Shown here piece by piece: positions 18,826 through 28,192 of a stretch of 64,000 nucleotides of DNA (positions are counted from its first letter, which is position 1; the number at the start of each line of letters is the position of its first letter). The stretch is from Candidatus Uhrbacteria bacterium (GTDB taxonomy: Bacteria > Patescibacteriota > Patescibacteriia > JACPHY01). The notes under the pieces were generated by a model. That model had not been told where the DNA came from, ran no database searches, and worked only from the letters and a program-made list of their open reading frames with translations. The DNA is taken from NCBI GenBank assembly GCA_016188355.1, contig JACPHY010000016.1, positions 2,345 through 66,344 on the forward strand, written 5' to 3'. The position numbers and the translations under genes were made by a program.

Positions 18826-20055
18826 ATGCGCGGTCATCGAGTTCGTCGCCACCGGATTGGGACTCGAACGTTCGCGCGCTTGCGCGGGATTTTATTGCAA
18901 TATCGATCAGCGGCCCTTCGATGGGCCGCTGATCGATCGTTTCGGTGGGGGGTGGTTGGCGTCGGCATTGTGGTGATGATGTTGGGGAGTGTGTCGATTT
19001 GGGCATGGTGGCACACGAGTATCCGTGGGCATAAAGCTCCCATGCAAGCTCCGGCGGTATTGGTACATTCAGATGATCGTGCGGTTCTAACCAGAGCCGC
19101 GCCCGTAGCGCCGGTCATACGCCGCTGGATTGATGGGCAACCGCTCCCTGAGGGCACTGCGCAGCCATTCGCCGTGGCGGTGGTCGTGGACAATGCGTCC
19201 GAAGCGCGTCCGCAGTCTGGACTATCAGAGGCACCGATCGTGGTGGAGGTGCCGGTGGAAGGTCGACGGACGCGGTTTGTGGTGTTTGCGTCACTCGATG
19301 GAGCATTGTCGGAGCTAGGACCGGTGCGATCCGCACGACCCTACCTCATCGGTATCGCGCGGCATTTCGGCGTCCCCTTGGTGCATGTGGGTGGTAGTCC
19401 GGAGGCGCTGACCCTCTTTCGGGATTTGCGTCTCTTTCACGTGAATCAGTATTATGATCCGCCGTTCTGGCGGAGCCGTTCGCGACCCGCGCCATTCAAT
19501 GTGTATACGGCAGTGGATCGACTCGCTGCATTTGTGCGTGCGCGTGCGCAAGAGCAGTGGAAGCGGCAGCCGCTCCCACTGCTCCCGTATGTGGAGTCTG
19601 TGCCCTCCACGCAGGGGTCGGTGGCCGCGCAACTCCGCATTACGTATTCCGCTGCTCATGTGGTGGAGTGGCGCTATGACGCGGAGCGCGCGGTGTATGT
19701 GCGTTCGCAGGATGGGCGTCCGCATCGCGATGCTGCGGGGCATTCGATTGAGGCGGTGAATGTGCTGGTGCTTGAGGTGCGTTCGCGGGTGCTTGATGCG
19801 ATGGGACGGCTTCGGATTCCGGACCTCGATCCGCGAGATCGCACCGCGGGAGACGGCGGCAAGCGGACCGCAATCGTGATGACGCGTGGGCGACGGGTGG
19901 ATGGGTTCTGGAATTGGCATGCCGAGCAGAACGCGGACCCGCCGTCTGCTGCGCGTATTCGATTCCGGCCCTCCGTACCTTCGGATGCGCCCACGGTATT
20001 GCAGGTGGGGAACACTTGGATCGAGATTGTGGACCAGGGGACCGCGGTACAGTAG
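18826..20055 (+). CDS. DUF3048-family (YerB-like) membrane-anchored protein
   Basis: N-terminal TM followed by a DUF3048-like region; start uncertain. Confidence 0.6.
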   Translation: MRGHRVRRHRIGTRTFARLRGILLQYRSAALRWAADRSFRWGVVGVGIVVMMLGSVSIWAWWHTSIRGHKAPMQAPAVLVHSDDRAVLTRAAPVAPVIRRWIDGQPLPEGTAQPFAVAVVVDNASEARPQSGLSEAPIVVEVPVEGRRTRFVVFASLDGALSELGPVRSARPYLIGIARHFGVPLVHVGGSPEALTLFRDLRLFHVNQYYDPPFWRSRSRPAPFNVYTAVDRLAAFVRARAQEQWKRQPLPLLPYVESVPSTQGSVAAQLRITYSAAHVVEWRYDAERAVYVRSQDGRPHRDAAGHSIEAVNVLVLEVRSRVLDAMGRLRIPDLDPRDRTAGDGGKRTAIVMTRGRRVDGFWNWHAEQNADPPSAARIRFRPSVPSDAPTVLQVGNTWIEIVDQGTAVQ

Positions 20056-20085
20056 CGAGTTGCCGGCTGCGTAAACAACCAAAAG

Positions 20086-20105
20086 CCCCGGAGGTTGGTC
20101 CGGGG
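20086..20105. terminator. Short hairpin between convergent DUF3048 gene and prmC (ccccgga...tccgggg)
   Basis: 7-bp GC stem; weak. Confidence 0.3.
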
Positions 20106-20108
20106 TGG

Positions 20109-20972
20109 TTATTGGTGCTTCATCTCTGGTGGGCGGAGTTCGAGCACGCGCCAACGATCCGCGAGGTCGCGATGCCATCCTCTGTGCCAGTGTGGTACTC
20201 GTTGTTGGGTGAGTCGAGTGAGTGCTGGTTTTCGTTGGGGATCGATTTCCAAGAAGACAGACCGGACGCGGTGGTGCGTGGCGAATGAGGAGAGTTGTCG
20301 GAAAAATGTTCGGAAACAATACAGTCCGTCGCGTCCACCATCAAACGCATTGCGCGGTTCAAATGTGCGAAGGGAGTTTGGGAGCGCACGCCATTCTGCG
20401 GTCGTGAGATACGGGAGGTTCGCGAGGATGACGAATGGGGCATTTTTCATTTTTCCATTTTTTATTTGGAAATCCAGGAGGTTGCTTTGGTGAAAGGCGA
20501 TTCGGTCACGTACCTGATGGGTGCGTGCGTTGTGGCGTGCGATGTGAAGTGCGCTCGGCGAAGCATCGAGTGCGATCACCCGTGCGCGCGGCCGTTCCGC
20601 TGCCATGGTGACCGCGATGCAACCGGAGCCGGTGCCGACGTCGATGATGGTCGTGGGCTCGGAGATCGGAACTGTGCCAAGCGCAAGCTCCACAGAGAGT
20701 TCTGTTTCTGGCCGTGGGATGAGCACGTCGTGGGTCACGCGGAACGTGCGTCCAAAAAACCACTGCGTGCCCAGGAGATGGGCAAGTGGCTCGCCGCGTG
20801 TTCGCCGGATCACCATGCGGCGGAATCGCGTGGCATGGCTCGGATGGATGGTTGTTTCGGGATGCGCAAGGAGCCACTCGCGTTCTCTGTGGAGCGCGTA
20901 CGCGAGGAGCAGGTCCGCATCGCGAACATCAATGCGTAGCCGGGCCCATTGGAGGAGTGTGGCGGCGTGCAT
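20109..20972 (-). CDS. prmC: Release factor glutamine N5-methyltransferase PrmC/HemK
   Basis: SAM-binding DVGTGSGCIA and ANLPY (NPPY-type) motif; follows prfA as usual. Confidence 0.85.
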   Translation of the reverse strand: MHAATLLQWARLRIDVRDADLLLAYALHREREWLLAHPETTIHPSHATRFRRMVIRRTRGEPLAHLLGTQWFFGRTFRVTHDVLIPRPETELSVELALGTVPISEPTTIIDVGTGSGCIAVTMAAERPRARVIALDASPSALHIARHNARTHQVRDRIAFHQSNLLDFQIKNGKMKNAPFVILANLPYLTTAEWRALPNSLRTFEPRNAFDGGRDGLYCFRTFFRQLSSFATHHRVRSVFLEIDPQRKPALTRLTQQRVPHWHRGWHRDLADRWRVLELRPPEMKHQ

Positions 20973-20990
20973 GTGCGGAGCGTACCGCGC

Positions 20991-22076
20991 TCATGCGGCA
21001 GTACCCGCATGAGGTGTGGATCCTGGCTTTCGGAGTTTATTGCGGATAAGCGTCATGATTTCCGTGAGGTCGCCATCAAGAATGCCGTCGAGGTGGTGCC
21101 AGGACTCGTTGATGCGGTGATCGGTGAGGCGATCCTGCGGAAAATTGTAGGTTCTGATTTTTTCTGAGCGTTCTCCAGATCCAATTTGCGACCGGCGCGC
21201 ATCCGATCGTTCTCGATCTGCGCGTTCTTGTTCTGCGGCAAAGAGACGTGCGCGGAGGATTTCGAGTGCGCGGAGACGATTCTGTTGTTGGGAGCGTTCA
21301 TCCTGACAGGTGACCACGAGGCCGGTGGGGATGTGGGTGATGCGGACCGCGGAATAGGTGGTTTGCACGCTTTGTCCGCCATGGCCAGAGGAGAGATACG
21401 TATCAATGCGGAGGTCCTTGGGCTCGATGTGAATCTCGACGGCCTCTACTTTAGGGAGAACGGCGACGGTGGCGGTGGAGGTATGAATGCGGCCAGATTT
21501 TTCGGTGGTCGGTACGCGCTGCACCCGATGGACGCCGCTTTCGTATTTCATCCAGCGGTAGACATGATCGCCGTCGACCATAAAGGTGGCGTGACGAAAT
21601 CCGCCGATGGGGGATTGCTCCGAGTCGAGGAGACGCGTGGTCCAGCCGCGGCGCTCCGCGAATCGTGCGTACATGCGGAGGAGATCTGCCGCGAAGAGCG
21701 CCGCTTCATCACCGCCGACTCCTGCGCGAATTTCCACAATGATGCCCTTTTCATCCATGGGGTCGCCAGGTTCGAGGAGCTCATTGAGGTGCGTGGTGAC
21801 GCGCGTTTGTTCCGCGAGCGCCTCGGCGAGTTCCTCCTCGGCGAGTGCATGGAGATCGGGGTCCGTAGTGGTTGCTGCGGTGTTCCGTGCATCCGCGATG
21901 CGGCGTTCGAGCTGGTCGAGGAGATGGAATTGCTCTAGCTGCGCGCATATTTCCGCATGAGAACGAGAAGCGGCCGCAAGCCGTTCGGGATTGCGGAACA
22001 CGTCAGGATTACTGAGGTCCTGTTCGAGGGCAACACGTTGTGCTTCGAGTGTGCGACGCTGCTCGAGAGAAGCCAT
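20991..22076 (-). CDS. prfA: Peptide chain release factor 1
   Basis: GGQ motif ([12 protein letters not shown]) and an RF-1 type N-terminus starting MASLEQRR (internal Met of the ORF). Confidence 0.9.
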   Translation of the reverse strand: MASLEQRRTLEAQRVALEQDLSNPDVFRNPERLAAASRSHAEICAQLEQFHLLDQLERRIADARNTAATTTDPDLHALAEEELAEALAEQTRVTTHLNELLEPGDPMDEKGIIVEIRAGVGGDEAALFAADLLRMYARFAERRGWTTRLLDSEQSPIGGFRHATFMVDGDHVYRWMKYESGVHRVQRVPTTEKSGRIHTSTATVAVLPKVEAVEIHIEPKDLRIDTYLSSGHGGQSVQTTYSAVRITHIPTGLVVTCQDERSQQQNRLRALEILRARLFAAEQERADRERSDARRSQIGSGERSEKIRTYNFPQDRLTDHRINESWHHLDGILDGDLTEIMTLIRNKLRKPGSTPHAGTAA

Positions 22077-22181
22077 AAGGAATGCGCGGCAGGGATCCGA
22101 TGAGGGAGGAGGGGCCTCGTACGCTATCGTACCGCACACCGCGAGCCTTTGGAGGCTCGCGGTGTGCGGTACGCCGTCAAA

Positions 22182-22481
22182 TTACTTTTCTGCACCGAGC
22201 GCTTCCGACTTTTCCTTACGTCGTGCGGCGGCGCGTTCTTTCTTCACGCGGCGACCCGTTCGGGCAGCGGCAACGGTCTCCTGCAGTGCGGTGCGTCGCT
22301 GGAAGCGGTCCACGCGGCGAGCGCTGTCTACCGTTTTCGTTTGTCCGGTGTAAAACGGGTGGCATGCAGAGCAGAGTTCCGTGTGAATCTCACTCACCGT
22401 AGAACCGGTCGTGAATGTCGTTCCACAGGAACAAACTACTTTTGCGGCGGGGTGGTAGGTGGGATGAATCTCCGTTCGCAT
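22182..22481 (-). CDS. rpmE: 50S ribosomal protein L31 (C4 zinc type, basic C-terminal extension)
   Basis: MRTEIHPTYHPAAKVVCSCG...CSACHPFYTGQ matches the L31 consensus. Confidence 0.85.
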   Translation of the reverse strand: MRTEIHPTYHPAAKVVCSCGTTFTTGSTVSEIHTELCSACHPFYTGQTKTVDSARRVDRFQRRTALQETVAAARTGRRVKKERAAARRKEKSEALGAEK

Positions 22482-22531
22482 AAACGTCATCAAGATACCG
22501 TCTGGTTTCGTCGGCAAAGTCTACGGTTGTT

Positions 22532-22560
22532 ACCGTAACGAAATATGAGGTACCTGGCAA
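22532..22560 (-). promoter_or_regulatory. Putative promoter TTGCCA-N17-TACGGT for rpmE
   Basis: Read on the minus strand, about 45 nt upstream of the L31 start. Confidence 0.35.
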
Positions 22561-22578
22561 GTGCAGTGGGAAGATAGG

Positions 22579-22609
22579 AAAACCCCCACCCTTGAAGGGT
22601 GGGGGTTTT
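22579..22609 (-). terminator. Intrinsic terminator of the large secreted-protein gene (13-bp stem aaaacccccaccc/gggtgggggtttt)
   Basis: Perfect 13-bp stem with ttgaa loop; U-run follows on the minus strand directly after the gene stop at 22624. Confidence 0.55.
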
Positions 22610-22623
22610 CCGGTTGCTGCTCG

Positions 22624-24840
22624 TTAGAGTCCGAACAGCTTTTCAAGGTCGCTTGCCCCGGAATTTCCGCTCTGTTTGCGGAATGTATCAAAGGCGTCGA
22701 GCTTGAGTCCTGTTGATGCACTCGAGCTTCCGAATGCGCTCGATGACTTTTGCCCGCGCGCTTCTTGAAGCGCGTTGTTGAGCGAATTTCGAGCCTCGGA
22801 GAGCTGCTCAAATGCCTCCAGAAGTGCATCGGTGTCCACCGGCTTCTTCTTGGCGAGGCCCTGAATCTGGGCGAGCACGATCTTCCCATCGCTGAGCGCT
22901 GCCTCGAGCGACTTTACGTCCACGCGTTTGCGCTTCAGGGTCGTGATCTCGCGCTGGATTTTCGAGACCTCCTTGGTCGCATCGGAAATACCGCGACCCA
23001 TGTCGGTCACCGATCGGATCGCTTCAATTTTTTCACGGATGTCATCGAAACTGTCCCGGAGTTCGAAGAGACGATCGAGCGACTCCTCACTGACCGATTT
23101 CATTGCTTCTGCGAGTGCGTTCTTGATTTCTCCGATGGATTTACCGGCAGCGTCGATTTCTTCGCTCACGTCGATCTTCGCACGAGTCGCTTGGCTGGTG
23201 ATTCGCTTGAGATCCGACTCCATGCGTCGGAGTTCGCTCGTGAGCTGTTTCGAGACGCGCGGGAATTCCTGGATGCGCTGACAGTGGTCCACGGTTTCTC
23301 GGACACGGTCACCTACGTCCGCGAATTCCGAGAAGTCCACATCCTGTACTTCTTCAACGTCGGTAGCAGATTGGACCTTCGTGAGCGAATCGCGCAGCAT
23401 CTGGAGTCCATCGGTTACCTCCTCTGGGACCTCCACCTTTGCTTTCGTGCAGATGGCTAGGGCGCTCGACATTCGCTTATATCCGGATTCCAGATCCTTC
23501 AATCGCTTCTTCGCCTCCTTCAGCATCTGCTCTTTCTGCTGTTTCTCCATTTCCTCGCCCATCTCGTCGTTGGGCTGCATCCGATCCGACGCGTCGCCCA
23601 TTTCCGGTCGACCAAGGGATTCGCTGCCGATGCCATCAGCAGAGCGGCGAGCGGGGGAGCATTTTTCTTGCACCATTCGGCGCTGTGCCTCACTGGGCCC
23701 GCTTCCACTGCGGAGTTGATCGACCTTGTCGCCGATGACGGAGCGGACGCAGGATTCGAACTCATTTGCCGCGGGGCGCATGTTTTGTGCCTCCCCACCG
23801 AATTTGTTGTTTTCATTGGGTCCAGAGAACGGCGCGCGAGCTCCTCCAAGGACTGAGGGGTCGTTATCGGGCATCCGTTTGGAATCCTGCATGCGCGTCG
23901 CATCCTCCATGGGAGGACCCTTCATCACTTCCCCGGGTCCCTGGGGGGCCTTTGGGGTGAGTCCCGATGGGTCGTTGCGGGTCATTCCATTGATGCCATT
24001 GGGGCCATTCACGCCGTTCATCCCATTCAAACCATTCATCCCGTTGATGCCGTTTAGTCCATTCATCCCATTCGGTGCGCCCGGAAAGTTCGTTCCCACA
24101 TTCGGCCCGGAGTTGGGATTGTTGAAATTATTTGGCTGGTTTCCACCGAAATTCGTATTGGGGCCACCCATTCCCCCAGGGGAATTCATGTTCCCGGATT
24201 TGAGCGGATCCTTGGAGTCACCGGAGCCGCCGGGGGGTTGTTGGCCGCCAAAGTTATTGCCACCCAATCCCGGCATGCCGCCGAAATTATTCCCTCCGGG
24301 CGTTCCACCGAAGTTTGGGCCACCGAAATTGCCTCCCGGATTTCCTGGATTCCCGCCAAAATTATTTCCGCCGGGATTGATTCCAGTGTTCCCTCCGCCG
24401 GGATTTCCCCCGAAATCACCTCCTCCGGGATTCCCACCGAACGATCCTCCTGGTGGCGGACCTCCGAACGATCCTCCTGGTGGCGGACCTCCGGGCGAAC
24501 CGCCTGGTGGCGGACCTCCTGGGGGTGGACCTCCTGGGGAGCCGCCGCCTGGCGGGGGTCCTCCGGGGGGTGGACCTCCGGGATCCTCTGCGGCGCGGAA
24601 AGTGGCGCTGCCCGATTTCGACCATGATGCACGAAGTTCCGAGCATTCCTCCTGCTGATCCATGCAGAAAGAGGTGCACTCTGCCTCCGTGGTGCATTTG
24701 CCATCAAGATATGGAGGAACAATGAAATCTGCGGTGACGCGGTACTGATCGATGGAATTCGCCGCAATGATGGTTGCGGATGGGGCGAGTACCACGATGA
24801 GTCCCGCAGTAATGAGCTGCTTGCGGTAGGGAAACGCCAT
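22624..24840 (-). CDS. Large secreted/surface low-complexity protein (signal peptide, Cys-rich head, GGPPPGG and GxNGxNG repeat arrays, C-terminal coiled coil)
   Basis: 738-aa ORF with an N-terminal hydrophobic signal-like segment. About 250 aa of Gly/Pro/Asn repeats, then an alpha-helical C-terminal half. Confidence 0.7.
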   Translation of the reverse strand: MAFPYRKQLITAGLIVVLAPSATIIAANSIDQYRVTADFIVPPYLDGKCTTEAECTSFCMDQQEECSELRASWSKSGSATFRAAEDPGGPPPGGPPPGGGSPGGPPPGGPPPGGSPGGPPPGGSFGGPPPGGSFGGNPGGGDFGGNPGGGNTGINPGGNNFGGNPGNPGGNFGGPNFGGTPGGNNFGGMPGLGGNNFGGQQPPGGSGDSKDPLKSGNMNSPGGMGGPNTNFGGNQPNNFNNPNSGPNVGTNFPGAPNGMNGLNGINGMNGLNGMNGVNGPNGINGMTRNDPSGLTPKAPQGPGEVMKGPPMEDATRMQDSKRMPDNDPSVLGGARAPFSGPNENNKFGGEAQNMRPAANEFESCVRSVIGDKVDQLRSGSGPSEAQRRMVQEKCSPARRSADGIGSESLGRPEMGDASDRMQPNDEMGEEMEKQQKEQMLKEAKKRLKDLESGYKRMSSALAICTKAKVEVPEEVTDGLQMLRDSLTKVQSATDVEEVQDVDFSEFADVGDRVRETVDHCQRIQEFPRVSKQLTSELRRMESDLKRITSQATRAKIDVSEEIDAAGKSIGEIKNALAEAMKSVSEESLDRLFELRDSFDDIREKIEAIRSVTDMGRGISDATKEVSKIQREITTLKRKRVDVKSLEAALSDGKIVLAQIQGLAKKKPVDTDALLEAFEQLSEARNSLNNALQEARGQKSSSAFGSSSASTGLKLDAFDTFRKQSGNSGASDLEKLFGL
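24420..24600. repeat. Tandem 15/27-nt codon repeats (ggtggcggacctcc...) encoding the GGPPPGG array inside the large gene
   Basis: Direct near-identical DNA repeats visible at 24430-24590. A second NG-repeat array lies near 23990-24075. Confidence 0.5.
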
Positions 24841-24997
24841 AGGCGAAGGGGCGATGGATTATCGTAGGACCGTTGCGGTGTTCGGCCCTGTGCATCGGCG
24901 AGATATGCACAGCACCGTAGCGGTTCGTACGGTTAGGAGAAATAGTATATCACGCGCAAGTGGTGATTTGCTGTGCATTGCGCATGCTACACTGCGA

Positions 24998-25729
24998 ATG
25001 CAGATTCATCATGCTATGCCCACGAAGCTCTCTCCGTCATTTGCGACCGAGCAATTGCGTCGACCACTCGTTGCGACGGATATTGTGGTTTTTGCGATTC
25101 GTGATGGCGCGCTTTCCGTGGTATTGATCCGTCGGGCAATGCCGCCATTCGCGGGAAAGTGGGCATTGCCGGGTGGATTTGTATTGCCGGAGGAGACGGT
25201 GGACCGTGCTGCGCAGCGCGAATTGCGCGAGGAAACTGATGTGCAGATTGCCGAGGGGTATCTCGAGCAGTTATATACCTTTGGCAATGTGCACCGTGAC
25301 CCGCGCGGTCGGGTCATTTCTGTGGCATATCTCGCGTTGATTCCGGGTGAGGCCGCAGTACCGCGTGGGGGTTCCGATGCCGCGGAGGCGCAGTGGTGGC
25401 CGATGGAACGGTTGCCGCCACTCGCTTTTGATCATGCGCAGATCATCGCGTACGCGGTGACGAGATTGCGGTACAAGCTCGAATACACGAACGTGTTGTA
25501 TGCAGCGCTGCCGAACCGTTTTTCGCTAACTGAGTTACAAGAAGCGTATGAGGCGGTGCTCGGTAAATCGCTGGATAAACGCAATTTTAGGAAGAAAATC
25601 GTTGCATTGGGTTTTGTGCAGCCGACCACACAGTACCGAAAGCCAGAGCAGGGGCGTCCTGCGCAATTGTGGCGTTTCACCAAACGAACGCCGGTGTCCG
25701 TAAAGACGTTTGTGACGAAGGCGGGATAG
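24998..25729 (+). CDS. NrtR-like Nudix hydrolase / regulator (Nudix domain plus C-terminal winged-helix-like domain)
   Basis: Nudix box GGFVLPEETVDRAAQRELREETDV. C-terminal region LYAALPNRFSLTELQEAYEAVLGKSLDKRNFRKK resembles the NrtR DNA-binding domain. Start could be 24998 or 25016. Confidence 0.7.
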   Translation: MQIHHAMPTKLSPSFATEQLRRPLVATDIVVFAIRDGALSVVLIRRAMPPFAGKWALPGGFVLPEETVDRAAQRELREETDVQIAEGYLEQLYTFGNVHRDPRGRVISVAYLALIPGEAAVPRGGSDAAEAQWWPMERLPPLAFDHAQIIAYAVTRLRYKLEYTNVLYAALPNRFSLTELQEAYEAVLGKSLDKRNFRKKIVALGFVQPTTQYRKPEQGRPAQLWRFTKRTPVSVKTFVTKAG

Positions 25730-25760
25730 GTTGCGGTGGGGCACAGAAGATGGTGTGGGC

Positions 25761-25790
25761 TTGACACTAAATTAGTGTTTGTTTTACAAT
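25761..25790 (+). promoter_or_regulatory. Near-consensus promoter TTGACA-N18-TACAAT upstream of the SPFH gene
   Basis: Both hexamers read directly in an AT-rich 230-bp intergenic region. Confidence 0.5.
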
Positions 25791-25850
25791 AATTACGAAG
25801 CTGCGATGCGGATGGAGTATGGTACGGACGGGAAGTGGTGGCGAAGCTGT

Positions 25851-25879
25851 TTAATTAGTGTGATAATTACACATTCAAG
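25851..25879. promoter_or_regulatory. Candidate operator ttaattagtgtgataattacaca (AATTAGTGT word also at 25771-25779 and a variant upstream of pncB)
   Basis: Repeated word AATTAGTGT plus near-palindrome TGTGATAATTACACA between the promoter and the SPFH start. Confidence 0.25.
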
Positions 25880-25964
25880 CAAGTGGAGGAGACGGGGGAT
25901 GCGCGTCCATTTGCTCGAGCGTGTGATGGACACACGCCGTTCCTTGGACAATGGAGGATGAGTC

Positions 25965-26849
25965 ATGCGACTACCGTTCACGTGGTACCGGGCAACGCCG
26001 GCAGAGTACGTCGTGAAGTTCGTGAATGGCGCGCGTCGCGCCGAAGGGAAGGGGAAGATCTTCTTCGTGGGGCCTCGCACGACCCTTGCGAGGGTGATGG
26101 CGACGGAATTCGGCATTGGGTATGCGTTCACCGAACGCACGGCCGATGGCCAGGAAGTCGTCGTGCATGGAGAAGTCGTCGTGCGGTTCGATGTGCAGAA
26201 GATGCTCGATCGGCATGACTTCTCGTTCGATCCGCGATCGGGTGTGGGCGAGGGGAGCGAAGACGTGGTGGAGAGTGAGGTGCAGGCCGTACTCCAGACG
26301 TATGTTCGTCGCGAGATCGCGACGAAGAAACTGAAGGATGCGCTTGCATCTGCGGCGGCGCTCCAGGCGACCGTGGCAGAGATGATCAAGAACGACAGCG
26401 CCGCATTCGACGCGTTGGGCGTCGGTGTGTGCAACCTCTTCGTGACGAACGTGTCGCCGGCGAATCTTGACCTCAAGAAGGCGCTCGAGGCCGAAGCGCG
26501 TGAGCAGATGCTCGCGGCGGCGGATCGTGCGCTTGCCGATCGACGCATGGATGCCGCGAGGAACGATCGTTCGCTCAAGGAGTTCGAATCCGATACGGCC
26601 ATGACGCTCGAGCAGCGGCGCGCGGCACTTGTCGAGGCGCGGAACAAGAACGTCGTGGCGGAAGCGGAGGCAGATGCAGAGGCGAATCGGAAGCGTCTCG
26701 AACCGTACGCGCATGTGGATCCGCGGATGGTGTTTGCGCTCGGCATTCGGGAGCTTGGCGCGAACGGTCGGATCGGGCAGTTCAACGTGACGCCGGAGTT
26801 TCTGGCGGCCATGCAGGGTGCGTCGAACGGCCGTATGCCGGGAGCGTGA
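25965..26849 (+). CDS. SPFH/band-7 domain protein without obvious TM anchor
   Basis: GGAGGA RBS. SPFH-like core followed by an E/A-rich helical tail; translationally coupled to the next gene (3-nt gap, GGGAG RBS). Confidence 0.6.
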   Translation: MRLPFTWYRATPAEYVVKFVNGARRAEGKGKIFFVGPRTTLARVMATEFGIGYAFTERTADGQEVVVHGEVVVRFDVQKMLDRHDFSFDPRSGVGEGSEDVVESEVQAVLQTYVRREIATKKLKDALASAAALQATVAEMIKNDSAAFDALGVGVCNLFVTNVSPANLDLKKALEAEAREQMLAAADRALADRRMDAARNDRSLKEFESDTAMTLEQRRAALVEARNKNVVAEAEADAEANRKRLEPYAHVDPRMVFALGIRELGANGRIGQFNVTPEFLAAMQGASNGRMPGA

Positions 26850-26852
26850 GCC

Positions 26853-27836
26853 GTGCCGACGCCCATCGAACGTGTGGTGCTCGTGACGAAGTCGTCGCGG
26901 CTGGCGGAGCTCCTCGATCGATATTGTGGTCGTGATCGGGTCCGGTTCGTGATCGAATCCCGTGGAGAGTCCTTTGCCGAGTATGAGGCAGAGGACGACC
27001 GATGGCGCATGGCAACGGACCGATTGCGGGCTGCCATCCCGCGGGAGATTGCGCATACGGTCATTTCCCGTGCCTACATCCCCACCGAGCTCTTCCGGCC
27101 CACGGATCTCGTGATGACGATCGGACCCGACGGACTCGTCGCGAATGCGGCGAAGTATCTCGACGGTCCGCCGATTCTCGCGGTGAATCCCGACCCAGAT
27201 CGGATCGATGGTACGATTGCGCGGTTCTCCCCGGATGCAGCGATCGCTGTGTTGCCGCGGCTGCTCCGCGGGCAGTATCGTACGGATCCGTTGACCATCG
27301 CGATGGCGACCACGAACGATGGACAGGTTGCCTATGCGGCGAACGATTTTCTCGTCGGTCGACGAGACACCGTTTCTGCACGGTATCGGCTCGGAGTAGG
27401 GAATGGACCGGATGTGGTTGCGTCCGAGCGACAATCCTCGAGCGGCGTTCTGGTGACGACTGGTCTCGGCTCCACTGCATGGGCAACGTCGATCGTATCG
27501 AGCGCATTTGCGATTGCCGCTGTCATGGTGGGATTCGGGACCGGAGAAGACCTCCGCGGAGAATTGCGCGTGCAGCAGGAATTTGAGGTTCCGTATCCCT
27601 GGAGTGCGCGTCATCTCCTCTTCTTTGTCCGCGAGGCATTCCCGACGCGTTCCACGAGCGCCCGACAGTGCTTCGGCCGCATCGAGGAAACAGGCGTGCT
27701 CGTGATCACCTCCGAAATGCCCGATGGGGGAGCGATATTCTCCGACGGCGTCGTCGAGGACGCGCTCCCATTCCTCGCCGGTACCACGGTCACGATCCGT
27801 CCGGCCGATCGTGTCGCGCAGCTCATTCGTCCCTGA
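26853..27836 (+). CDS. NAD-kinase-fold protein (divergent, GPDG instead of GGDG; non-canonical paralog of nadK)
   Basis: DLVMTIGPDGLV... and NDFLVGRR...VLVTTGLGSTAWATSI align to the NadK GGDG and NE/D...TPTGSTAYS segments; GTG start. Confidence 0.55.
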   Translation: MPTPIERVVLVTKSSRLAELLDRYCGRDRVRFVIESRGESFAEYEAEDDRWRMATDRLRAAIPREIAHTVISRAYIPTELFRPTDLVMTIGPDGLVANAAKYLDGPPILAVNPDPDRIDGTIARFSPDAAIAVLPRLLRGQYRTDPLTIAMATTNDGQVAYAANDFLVGRRDTVSARYRLGVGNGPDVVASERQSSSGVLVTTGLGSTAWATSIVSSAFAIAAVMVGFGTGEDLRGELRVQQEFEVPYPWSARHLLFFVREAFPTRSTSARQCFGRIEETGVLVITSEMPDGGAIFSDGVVEDALPFLAGTTVTIRPADRVAQLIRP

Positions 27837-27847
27837 TCCCTCATTTG

Positions 27848-27868
27848 AGCCCGATCCCAGCGATCGGG
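27848..27868 (+). terminator. Weak hairpin after the NAD-kinase-like gene (gcccgatc...gatcgggc), followed by a second palindrome
   Basis: 8-bp stem, no clear U-tract; factor-independent termination uncertain. Confidence 0.3.
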
Positions 27869-27966
27869 CGTCCTCTCGGGATCCGTACGGAATCGTACGG
27901 AGTCCGAGATGGTGGACATGAAAATACTATTGAACCCAGCGACAAAAACGTTCATGTTTCCAGGAC

Positions 27967-27995
27967 TTGACGTAATTGGTTTTTCTGTGTAGGTT
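27967..27995 (+). promoter_or_regulatory. Putative promoter TTGACG-N17-TAGGTT upstream of the PP2C-kinase pair
   Basis: Located in an AT-rich 320-bp intergenic region, about 200 nt upstream of the PP2C start. Confidence 0.35.
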
Positions 27996-28192
27996 TGGCG
28001 TATCTATCAGAAAAATAAGCGATTTTGTACATGGTGGCGGTGCTTCATGGGTAGCGATGCTACGGAGTGCTCACGTGAACGGGTGATGCGGGGCATCGTC
28101 TTTTCGGGTGAGCATTCAACGATCGTTGATTCACAATGTATCAATTACTGTAACTGCTCGTGGGTGTTGCTCACGAGGAGAGGGGAGGGTAC

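Noticed and set aside
23726-24658. 310-aa plus-strand Pro/Gly-rich ORF
   Set aside because: Mirror image of the GGPPPGG-repeat region of the minus-strand secreted-protein gene, which has signal sequence, terminator and coherent domain structure.
25793-27614. Two long minus-strand ORFs (423 and 547 aa)
   Set aside because: Antisense to the coupled SPFH / NADK-like genes that have RBSs, motifs and a promoter.
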